The notes beneath the pieces are model-generated. The model was given only the letters and a program-made list of their open reading frames with translations. It was not told the DNA's origin and did not search any database. A program made the translations under genes and the position numbers. Positions 41,275 through 52,399 of a stretch of 64,000 bases of DNA are shown piece by piece (the first letter of the stretch is position 1; each line of letters opens with the position of its first letter). The DNA comes from Mytilus edulis. Lineage: Eukaryota. The stretch covers positions 62,620,001-62,684,000 of the forward strand of contig NC_092347.1 of NCBI RefSeq assembly GCF_963676685.1. The letters are read 5' to 3'.

Positions 41275-43533
41275 TTAAAAAAGTTCATTTTCTTCTCATT
41301 TTTTTAAATATTTATGCTTGGCATAACTACAATTTATATATGCGTATGTAAACTACGAGTTGGTGCTTAATTTGAATATTGAATCCAAAAAAAGAAATAA
41401 ATACATAACTTTCTAATTTACAATGGTCATGACCAAACACGTATTGTAAAAATACTTATATGGTCTGGAACATCCCCGTAGTGTTTAACAGGTCCTTAAT
41501 GAATATATTATATTTTCTATTTTGTTAACTTATTTATTTATTTGAAATCATACTCTAAACAGTCAAGACAAACACATTAAAACGAAAAGTTGTTATAGAA
41601 AAACATACAAGCGTATCAAAATTAAATAGTTGAATTGTGAAAAAAAAACTTCGTTTAACACTGCAACAATTTCATCCGCTCGTCCCATGTAAGAAACCTC
41701 TTAGTATTTTAGTTGATTAATAATTGATAACAGATCTTGATTCTTTCTTTAAAGTCTCAGAAAGATTTATTTTTTGAATTTTTATATTCAAACCTATCCC
41801 TTGTAGACTTTAAAGTGCCCTTTTTATGACTTTTGGGTTTCTTTTTTCTTTGGTCTTTGGATTGAAGTCTCAACAAAGTGATACCTCATCTTCTTCTCTT
41901 CATATGACACTTTGTGAAGTGTATTATTGATGCTTATAACAGTACGCACCATTTAACATTGTTCTACAACAAAAACAGATTGCCTTCAGAAATATGGTGA
42001 TTAGGTATATACAATCAATGATGTCAATCAAATATTGATTCGTAACAAATTTAATTGAACTCCAACATCTCTAATCACAATCTTTACAATTTTGCAGTTA
42101 CATCAAACCCTTTGACTTTTCTTTGCTTCACACTGCTTTTCTCAACTGCATCTTCTCATTCAACAGAGTTTTTTTCTACAAGATATGAATTCTTAAATTC
42201 CTTTCTGTTATATATAGCAAAATATTTTGATTAATACCAAACTGATTCCAAAAACAAATACATCTAAGAGGGTATCATCAAAATTTTGTGCTTTTTAATG
42301 ACAACATATATGTACTTCAAGATAAGTCATGTTTTTGTTATCCGGCTTTTATTACTTGTTTATCATTCAAAATTTACAATCTCAAAAAACTTTTGTATAT
42401 ATATATGCCAGACAGCTCAGTATTGTGTGTGTTCAGAGTCAATAATATGCATTTTTTATTGATATTGTTTACTTATTTCTATGCAATAACATCATTGGGG
42501 ACAAGGGAGAAACATACATGAATATGAAAATATAATGACATAGACAATTTAAACCTTGTATGTTTTATGTTTGCATCTGGCGCAAATACACAATTTTAAT
42601 CCCAGTATCTATGATGAGTTTATTTACTTATTTCGTTTATATAATAGTTGTGTATAACACAGTAACACTCTTTTGTACGCAACTGATGAAAAAACGTACA
42701 ACTATGTTTATTATTGTGTCTTTTCCCTTCTTTAAAGGTCATTTTCTTTTGATTGTTATAACCTTTATCATTGTTATATAGACAATTAATGTATACGTCC
42801 TTGGTGCCAAACTGTGATTTAATAAAAAGAGATCTCGTGAAAGATATCAGGTATACAATTTTGTACGCAAGACTCTTGTTTCGTCTACCAAACACTAAGC
42901 AGTGACTATCGAACAAAAAAAAGTACAACACGATAAGGTGCAGGATTTCTCGAATAGCATAGAAAATGTTTGGTCATATGGACGATAAATCTGACATTGG
43001 AAACTTTTTCTACTGATCGCCATTATAAAAAGGGAATGGTTGAGATCTGAAAAAAACAACCTTCAAAATCTTCAATCTTGTGGTCTAAGAGATCTTTCTA
43101 TACAAGCATAGACGTTTAATCTGTAAATTGACTGATTGTTTGTTGTTTCAAGTTGTGACATTTTGACTGAGTTTGAATTATGCATGGCGTTAAATGAATG
43201 CATGGAAAAAAAGTTAACATTTCAGTACACTTACTCTCGCTTCTTATAAAGTTTATGAGAGTCAACTTGTTTTTAATATTTTCTATGATTTGGTTTTGCC
43301 TAATAGATGTACGAGATTTGAACGTCGGTTATTAATGTCGCCTCAATTTACAAAAGCTTCACTTTGTCTTTCCAAGGGTTTGCCTGATATCTCTTAATTT
43401 TGATGCCAGTCGAATGTTACATTCTTTTTTTCACAAGACTATATTTTAATGATTACATGGGTTTTTTTTTGCCCTGGTGATACATTATATACCCATAATT
43501 CAAAACAAGTCCTATCCCTTTTGAACGGGCATC

Positions 43534-44963
43534 TTCCATCACTGTATTGGATACCTAAACTGCATAAGTGTCCTTACAAACAACGGTATATTGCTAGGTC
43601 TTCCAAGTGCTCCACAAAATTATTCTAAATTATTAACATCTATTTTATCAGCAAGCAAAGACGGGCTTTAAAAGTATTGTGAAACTGCCTATTCTAGAGG
43701 TGGCGTGAATCAGATGTGGATACTCAAAAATTCCAAAAATCTTTAAGAGTACATACAATCTTACTCTCTTTCATCTTGTTATAGTATTAAAACATTTGAC
43801 TTTTCTACATTTTACACAAGTATTCCACATTCCAAACTAAAAGACAAACTGAAAGAGTTGGCATTGCTTTGTTGCATAAATACAATGGCCAACGTAGATA
43901 CAAGTATCTTGTCTTAGAAGGGATAAATCCTACTTTGTAAAGGATCACTCTGATTCAAACAAAACATTCTCTGAAACTGACATTATCAAGATGCTTGATT
44001 TCTTGATTGACAACAAAGTTGTTACGTTCAGAGGACGTGTTTTTCAACAGACTATCGACATTCCAATGGGAACGAATTGTTCCCCTCTTCTTGCCGACTT
44101 GTTTCTTTATTATTATGAGGCTGACTTCATACAGGAACTTCTTAGAAAGAAAGATAAGAAGTAAGCAATATCCTTTAACTCTACTTTCCGCTATATAGAT
44201 GATGTTCTTTCACTAAATAATTCAAAATTTGGTTACTATGTTAATCGCATCTATCCCATTGAACTAGAGATAAAGGATACAACAGATACAGTTAAGTCAG
44301 TCTCATATCTTTACTTACATCTAGAAATTGACAATGAGGGTCAGTTGAAAACAAAACTTTACGACAAAAGAGATGATTTTTATCTTTCCAATTGTGAACT
44401 TTCCATTTCTACGTAGCAACATTCCAGCAGCACCTGTATACGGTGTATATATCTCCCAGTTGATAAGGTATATCCGTGCTTGCATTTCCTATCATGATGT
44501 TTTTGATGGAGGGTTGTTGCTGACAAGGAAGCTATTAAATCAAGAGTTCCAAATGGTGAAATTGAAATCATCACTTTGTAAATTTTACGAACGCCATCAC
44601 GATTTGGCTGACCGTTATGAAATAACCGTTTCACAAATGATATCGGATATGTTCCTTACGTCGTAACTACAATCCCCTTCCGTTTCATGAATGTGACCTA
44701 CCGAATAAGACTATTTACCGGATTTGTTATCACATAAGCAACACGACGTGTGCCACATGTGGAGCAGGATCTGCTTACCCTTCTGAAGCACCTGAGATAA
44801 CCCCTAATTTTTGGTGGGGTTCGTGTTGTTTATTCTTTAGTTTTCAATGTTGTGTCATATGTACTATTGTTTGTCTGTTTGCTTTTTCATTTTTAGCCAT
44901 GGCGTTGTCAGTTTATTTTCGATTTATGAGTTTGACTGTCCCTCTGGTATCTTTCGTCCCTCA
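43534..44963 (+). mobile_element. 5'-truncated Naiad-type Penelope-like element (RT plus full 3' UTR)
   Basis: LPSLYWIPKLHKCPYKQRYIA.SSKCSTK, NQMWILKNSK, IKTFDFST.YTSIPH, QQTI.IPMGTNC.PLLADLFL, FRYIDDVLSLNN, KLYDKRDDF; stop at 44666. Boundaries defined by the empty site at ~48053-48070. Confidence 0.95.
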
Positions 44964-45707
44964 TTATAACTTGATGATAATGCAAATACTTTGAAATCAT
45001 ATAGATATTAAATGCACATTCAAGTCAATCACTTGGCAACCTATTGTGTTTATTTCAGTCTCGGTGATGAGAACAGTATGTTTACGATATTGTATACTTA
45101 TTTCTTTGAAATTACATACTTTAGGGTCCAGGGAAGAAAATAGATATATAACAATATAATGACCTAGACATTCAAAGTTATATGTTTTACATATTCCGTC
45201 AGTAATATATAACGCAAAAACATCTTGCTGAACGCTACTGATGAGAACACGTAAACCTGTGTTTACTATTGTGTTGTTCTCGTCGATTGTAAGAACCTGT
45301 ATCCTTGACATATAGATAATTGATGAAAATGTCCTATATGCCTAACTGTGATAATAAAAAATCAAATACACCATGATTATTATTTTGTACGCAATATTCT
45401 CATTTCGTCTACCAAGGACTATGCAGTGACGCTCGAATCTAAAAATGTTTAGGTACAGCAATAAGATGCATGACTTCTTTAATAGCGTTACAACATGTTT
45501 AGTCATAAAGATGCATAAATCCGACAATGGAAACTAAAACATGCCTTTCTTAACGAGGAAAAAGTTATAACTTAAACCATTTTCAAGATACTTTTGTGTT
45601 GTTTAAGTCTGTATGTTTACTGTTAATGTGTACATTTGGTTTTCTACTGATCGCAATTAAAAGAGGAAATTGTTGAGATTTGGTAAAGTATCTTCAAAAT
45701 CTTCAAT

Positions 45708-46545
45708 AAGACAATAACAATCAAAAACAAGGAGAAAACAAAGACTAACAAAACCAAAGGACATTTACATAATAGATAAGAAACAACACGAACTCTACTA
45801 AAAACCGGAAGTGAAATCAGGTGCTCCGGAAGGGTAGTCATTTCCTGCACCGTATACGGCACCCGTCGTGTTATTTCTTTGTTATTTCGGTAATGATGGA
45901 AGGTTATTATGACTGAGGAAGAATATCAGATATGATTTCTGACACACTTTTGTCATAATTGCCAATCAGCTCATGATGGAGACCGTAAAATATCTTGAGT
46001 GATGACCTTAATTTGATTGATTCATAGCCCTGTCTTAGGAACTTTTGAGAAAGCAGTATTTCTCGTTCAACAAAATGAACGTACTTTGAGCTAGTTCTAG
46101 AGTAACGTATCACTTGCGACACAAATACTCCATATGCTGGTGCCGCTGGGATGTTGCTACACAGAAATGGAAAGTTGACTATAGGAAAATTAAAATCATT
46201 GCTTCTAAATATGAAGCAGAATTATCTGTGTCGGTAGTATCATTAATTTCAAGTTCACTTGGATATATTAAATGTAAGTGATCTCTGAATCTATTATTAT
46301 TTAAGAGACAGTACATCATCAATATACCGAAAGGTGAAATTAAAAGGCTAATTTCTTTTCTCCTTTCTGTACAAGCCCTTGGATAAATTCTGCTTCATAG
46401 GAATACAAAAACAAATCTGCAAATAGAGGAGCGCAATTGGTACCCATTGGGATTCCAATAGTCTGTTGGAAGACCAAACCTCCAAATTAAACAAATATGT
46501 TGTCAATTAAAAAGTCCAGCATGGCAGTGATATCTTCTTCGGTTT
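45708..46545 (-). mobile_element. Truncated Naiad-type Penelope-like element of a second family
   Basis: Minus strand TEEDITAMLDFLIDNIFV*FGGLVFQQTIGIPMGTNCAPL.ADLFLYSYEAEFIQ...FRYIDDVLS...DFNFPIVNFPFLCSNIPAAPAYGV...ILPQS* (45907), then structured UTR at 45778-45880. Confidence 0.92.
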
Positions 46546-46717
46546 TCAGTTTTGCAGTAATATCAAAACCTTCAATTTTAATACACTTTACACATCTGCT
46601 CTCCATGCCAGTTAATATTCTTATGGAACAGATCGTAAATATAAATTTCTGAATACCTTGTTTTATGTCAAGCAAATTCCTAATTTTATTTAGAACCATC
46701 CTGATCCTTACAACAAA

Positions 46718-47680
46718 TACATCAAAGAGGATATCATAACATGCTATATTTATATCGATTCTACAATATAGTTGTGGAGTTTGGTCGATTGATATTTCAT
46801 CAGACGGTTGATTTTACAATATAGTTGTGGAGTTTGGTGAATTGATATTTCATCAGACAGTTGATTTTTCAATATAGCTGTGGAGTTTGGTGAATTGATA
46901 TTTCATCAGACAGTTGATTTTACAATATAGTTGTGGAGTTTGGTAGATTGATATTTCATCAGAAAGTTGGTTTTACAATATAGTTGTGGAGTTTGGTGGA
47001 TTGATATTTCATCAGACAGTTGATTTTACAAAAAAGTTGTGGAGTTTGGTGGATTGATATTTCATCAGATAGTTGATTTTACAATATAGTTGTGGAGTTT
47101 GGTGGATTGATATTTCATCAGACAGTTGATTTTACAATATAGTTGTGGAGTTTGGTGGATTGATATTTCATCAGACAGTTGATTTTACAATATAGTTGTG
47201 GAGTTTGGTGGATTGATATTTTATCAGAAAGTTGGTTTTACAATATAGTTGTGGAGTTTGGTGGATTGATATTTCATCAGAAAGTTGGTTTTACAATATA
47301 GTTGTGGAGTTTGGTGGATTGATATTTTATCAGACAGTTGGTTTTACAATATAGTTGTGGAGTTTGGTGGATTGATATTTCATCAGACAGTTGATTTTAC
47401 AATATAGTTGTGGAGTTTAGTGGATTGATATTTCATCAGACGGTTGATTTTACAATATAGTTGTGGAGTTTGGTCGATTGATATTTCATCAGACAGTTGA
47501 TTTTACAATATAGTTGTGGAGTTTAGTGGATTGATATTTCATCAGACGGTTGATTTTACAATATAGTTGTGGAGTTTAGTGGATTGATATTTCATCAGAC
47601 GGTTGATTTTACAATATAGTTGTGGAGTTTGGTGGCTTGATATTTTATCAGACACTTGGTACTGGAATGGGTACTAATTC
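46718..47680 (+). repeat. 53-bp minisatellite (~17 copies, 46761-47654) embedded in and derived from a PLE RT coding fragment
   Basis: Unit TTTTACAATATAGTTGTGGAGTTTGGTGGATTGATATTTCATCAGACAGTTGA reads NIVVEFGGLIFHQTV. Flanks read ..EDII.ML upstream and QTLG.GMGTN downstream. Confidence 0.92.
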
Positions 47681-49829
47681 TGACATTTTGACTGAGTTTG
47701 AATTATACATGGTGTTAAATTTAAATCCATGCATGGCAAGAAAATTTAACATTTCAGTACGCTTGGTCTCGCTCCTTTTAGAGTTCATGTGATTCCATTT
47801 GTTTTCTGTTTTACCTTGATTTGTATCTGCCTAATAGATATACGACATTTGAGAATCGGAACGTTCATGTTGCCTTGATTGACAATAACCCCGCTTTGTT
47901 TCAGTGTTTCCTAGGGTTTGCTTTATATCTCATAATTTTGATGCCTATTCGAAACTCTCATTCTTTATTTCAACGAGACAATATCGTTCCCTGATTACGA
48001 GTCCTTATGCGCTCATGGTATATTATACAAAACACGTCCTATCCCTTTAGAGCGGACATCTTATAACTTGGTGTTCTTTTGAATACTTTGAAATCTCATA
48101 AACATTAAATGCATATATAAGTCAATCACTTGACAACCTATTGTATTTTTTCAGCATCAGCAATGAGTGCAGAATGCTTTCGATATTGTTTACCTATTTT
48201 TTTGATATTACATCATTAAAGGTCAAGGAAAAAGCATACATTATATATTGATATAATGACATAGACATTCAAACTTACATGTCTACATATTCCGTCAGTA
48301 ATATATAACGCAACTCATGAGAAAACGTAAAACTGTTTACTATTGTGTTTTTCTCACCTATTCGGTAAAGGCCACTCTCTTATGATTGTTATAACCTTTA
48401 TCAATGACATGACAAAAATTGATGAAAACGTCCTTGATGCCAAACTGTGATGGAAAAAAACTCATCAAATAGACCATAATTATCATTTTGTACTGTAGAT
48501 TCGTGTTGCGTCTACAGAAAATTCATCAGTGACGCTCGACTAAAAAAATGAATTGTCAGATAAAGTACAAGTAAATGTGAAGGATTTCTCGACTAATAAA
48601 GAAAAATGTTAGGCCATATATTTGCATCAATGTGACAAAGGAAACAAGAACATGATTTCTAAACTCCGGGCAAGATACGACTTGTAGCATTAAGATATTT
48701 CCCTATTGCTTAAGACTGTTTATTTACTTGCAGAATCGTGAAAGTTTGTTTATCTACTGATCGTGATTAGTTATGAGGGGTTGAGATCTGAAAGAAAACT
48801 CCTACCAAATTATCTTCCCAAAACTACAATTCGTTAGTAATGATCAATTCATAATGTTTTTCGTTATTTTTTTCTTCTTTAACTGGAGTTTACACAAAGT
48901 CGTAAGATGATTGAGTGAAACATATAGCTATATAATGTATAGAAGTCACTTTAGACAGGAGAACAATCGCCACTGCCTAATCGCCTATGTTATTATATCA
49001 CCACCCGAATAAAATTGCAGTTATTTTCACTTGTTCTGTTGACCGATACCAACAGGTTTTATTGTCTTCCATTTTTAAATTTCCCTTGGAGTTCGATACT
49101 TTGTTAAACTTTAAAGATGAAAACATTACTTAATAAATGTACTGTATAAGAAACGTTTTTCTTGATTGATCTTCCCTAGGAACGCTCAAAGTCTAATTGT
49201 TGAAAACCAAGAATGTATAAGGTCTAAAACATATAACATGTCTTATTACCTAAATTCCAAAACCTCGTGAAACTTTGATCTATATCAATTTAGATCCCTT
49301 CAGTGATTGTTTAAGTGTCGAGGCTGAGTACAGTACATAGATAATTTATTCATTAATCAATTTCCAAGTACATCTTTTGGGATCGAGGCAAAATGAGTAT
49401 AACGATAAAATAGCATTGACCCTTTGATGTAGGTACACATAAAAAGAAAAAAAGTGAATATGTGTTAACAAATCAGTTATACAAGTTTGGACTCAAAATT
49501 GTCTCAGAGGATTTCTAATGCTAGAACAGAAAGATTTTTTTTAAATAATTATCTTCACTATGGATATACCTACTGGGGTGCCTAGCTTCTATTACGGGAA
49601 TAGTTCTTATCACATAAACTAAGTTTAACCTAATTAAGTCTCACTTTGCATTTTTTAAATTTTACAAAAACATTATCATATCTAAGGTTGCTCCAAAGAG
49701 CAATAAATGAACAATTAACATAATCCCATATACATATATTGAAGTACCTATCAAAATAATTATTATTCCTGTGACTGTTTCTAACGATCCTTGACAATAG
49801 ATAATTTAGCAAATCTGCAATCAAATGAA

Positions 49830-49997
49830 TTCAAACGTTTAGGAACTTTGATACCGTCAATGCTCTTCAACTTCGTACTTTATTTTGCCTTTTTAACTTT
49901 TTTTGGATTGGAGCGTCACTGATGAGACTTTTGTAGACGAAACGCACGTATGGCGTTAATACAAAATTTTATCCTGGTATCTATGATGAGTTTATTT
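49830..49997 (+). mobile_element. Hammerhead-bearing retrozyme-like element
   Basis: Family body plus tail atcctggtatctatgatgagtttattt. Confidence 0.75.
49911..49956 (+). ncRNA. Minimal type-I hammerhead ribozyme with complete catalytic core (GUA triplet, predicted cut after 49950)
   Basis: gagcgtca-CTGATGA-gact tttgt agac-GAAA-cgcacg-TA-tggcgt; one mismatch in stem II. Confidence 0.8.
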
Positions 49998-51384
49998 CCA
50001 TCTTCATGGCTAATATATCATGAACTGTGTTACAACTCAAGTTTCTACAGACGAGAAAATGTAATACTAGGCCACCAAAAGCTGATAATCTCAATAGCAC
50101 GTGTTTGGATCCCGACTATGGAAGAACAAATATTTGCTTCCGCAGATTTAACATAATATATCAAAGAGTTTATAATTACAATATTTTAACTAATGGGTGA
50201 TGCAATGTAATAGCTTCTTCCTTACTTTTAAATGGAAAAATGAAAGCTGTCTTTTCATTTTCTTGACGAGGTCCTGGTTAGGTACATATATTTTAAGTTT
50301 CATTTTAACAAGTAACAAAATAATCAATAAAGCGGGACCAAATTTAAGGAAAAACAGTGTCAACAATTTGTTGTCTCACACATTCTTTCAATGTCATTTT
50401 CTTCTGATTCTTATGAACTTTACATTTGCACATGGACAAATAGCAAAGCAAAATATTTGGTCATATAGATGAATCTGACAATGGAAACAAAAACATATTG
50501 TTTCTAAACTCATGGCAAGTTACAGTTTGGAATATTAAGAAACTTATATTTTGTTGAAGACGTATGTTTATCTAGAAATGATTGATCTTCAAATTTGTTT
50601 TCCATTTGACTGATGTACTTTAGCTTTTGATTTTCCCATTTAATGAGCGACTTTCCGTTTTACTTTTCCTTGGAGTTTGTTTTTTTTGTTATTTTACTTT
50701 TTATTTTCGTTTTGTGATAATCTAATGATCCTGGTTAACATTCGAGGGATTCAGATCTAAACAAAAAAAACAAATAAGCTATTCACATTTCAATCTGACT
50801 TTCAATTATCAGGACCTCGTCATTATATGATAGATCTTATGTATGTGTTGAAGGCAGATCTTTAAACGTTTCTGTACAATCTATTACAACTCTTATAGAC
50901 TCGAAACAATTAAATAATTGACATATGATATATGGAGACATCTGTCGTATGTTAAAGATATGTAATTATTTGTAAACTAAAATTTAGAATTTTACGTATT
51001 ACAATGGATTTCCGACCCCATGAATAAATTTCCTCATGAGCTGTATTTGACCAAACCTTTCGGAATTTTAGGTCCTCTATGCTTTCTACGTGTTCACCTT
51101 TGTACTATATTAGCCCTAAATTGATATATTTTATTCGGGCGTCAAGTTTTTTTAAGATAAAAAAAAGCGCGTCTTGTGTATGGATATTTTAATCGTGGTT
51201 TCTATTATGAGTCCATTTACCCTCTGTATGTCTTTCGGTAATTTATATCGTTTGTGGTGCATTATGATTGATATAGAGCCCCTATATACTTTCCTTCAAT
51301 TGATTAGATGAAAATGTCACTTTTTAAATTTCGTTAGTCTGACACACGAAAATCTGGTAACTGACACAAGCATACCTGGACAGT

Positions 51385-51552
51385 ATCGTGTAACCCGTGT
51401 TATCCGACACACCAGGAAACCAGAAAAAATATCATTTTAAGCAGGGTGCCGGAATACTGCAATGATAGGCATATATTGTGACTATGAAAATGTGTCGGTC
51501 AAAGCAGGATGTTGGAATACTCAGGTGTCGGATTAGGCAGGTTACGTTGTAT
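51385..51552. mobile_element. Decayed Tc1/mariner(pogo)-like MITE
   Basis: Imperfect TIRs gtaacc.g..t.atccgacac / gtgtcggattaggcaggttac; ends in tgTA. Confidence 0.45.
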
Positions 51553-52399
51553 TTCTATAGGTAAACAACAAATTATTCGGAGTTTTAGAAATTGTTCCTT
51601 TCAACATTATTTATTTAGAATGGTAATAAATTGTACACTTTTTTCTTTTGTTTTATATATGCAAAATTCATGTAAGAGTATTTAATTTTGGTGAACTGCT
51701 GTAGCCATTTCTTACTTTGGTGATAGCATAAATAATAGATTATAAAAAAAATAATAATAATTAAGAATCCTGTTCCAATAATAGTATCACTTTTGAAGAG
51801 ACCTTTCAGCAATTGGCAAGAAAATATAAACGTTAAACAGTCGTGCATTTGGTCCAATTATATTGTAAATCGTATAATTAATGCAACTTTCGCCAGTAGA
51901 AATATAATGCGAATATAAATGATTACAAATATATTAAACGTATAACTTTCCTTATTTAACTACATCTAGCTAATTAAGAAACTGTGAAATTGAATCGTCG
52001 AAAAGTGGGATTAAAACGGCTAATTGCAAACTCAAGTATGCGCAAAAATAAGATGGTTTGTAGTATCATAGGATCATGGTGTCGTTGTTTCACTTATCAA
52101 AAAACCCATCTGGTCAAAATTAATTAATCTCATATATAGAAAATGGTTGTATGATAAGAGCCTCTATTGTGCCTGGTCGCTGACTTTGCAAAAAGTAAAC
52201 GTATTCAAGCATTTCAAAATTGTAATTTTATTTATAAGTGAACAAGTTAATTTAATTTCGACACATTGTACAAAAGGTACTTTGTAATATCACTATGACG
52301 TCTTTAGCATATAGACATTTATACATATGTTTTCAAATTGCCATTACAAGCATTTTATGGAGTGTGTGTCCGAGCGAGAACTGCTCTAGTTCATTACTT

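Larger units (their letters stand above)
42530..48800. repeat. Old tandem duplication of a ~1.1-kb unit (3 copies; more diverged relatives at ~36760-37150 and ~50370-50820), interrupted by PLE insertions
   Basis: Landmarks aatgacatagaca.t.aaa at ~42535/45158/48254; tgacattttgactgagtttgaatta at 43156/47681; ctactgatcg...gttgagat at ~43010/45644/48755. Confidence 0.8.

Noticed and set aside
44667-44963. SECIS element or selenoprotein Naiad
   Set aside because: No convincing AUGA/AAR/GA stem and no conserved in-frame TGA at Cys positions seen; the shared stop is TAA.
46761-47654. CRISPR-like periodic array
   Set aside because: No unique spacers, eukaryotic context, and the whole 53-bp unit repeats and derives from RT coding sequence.
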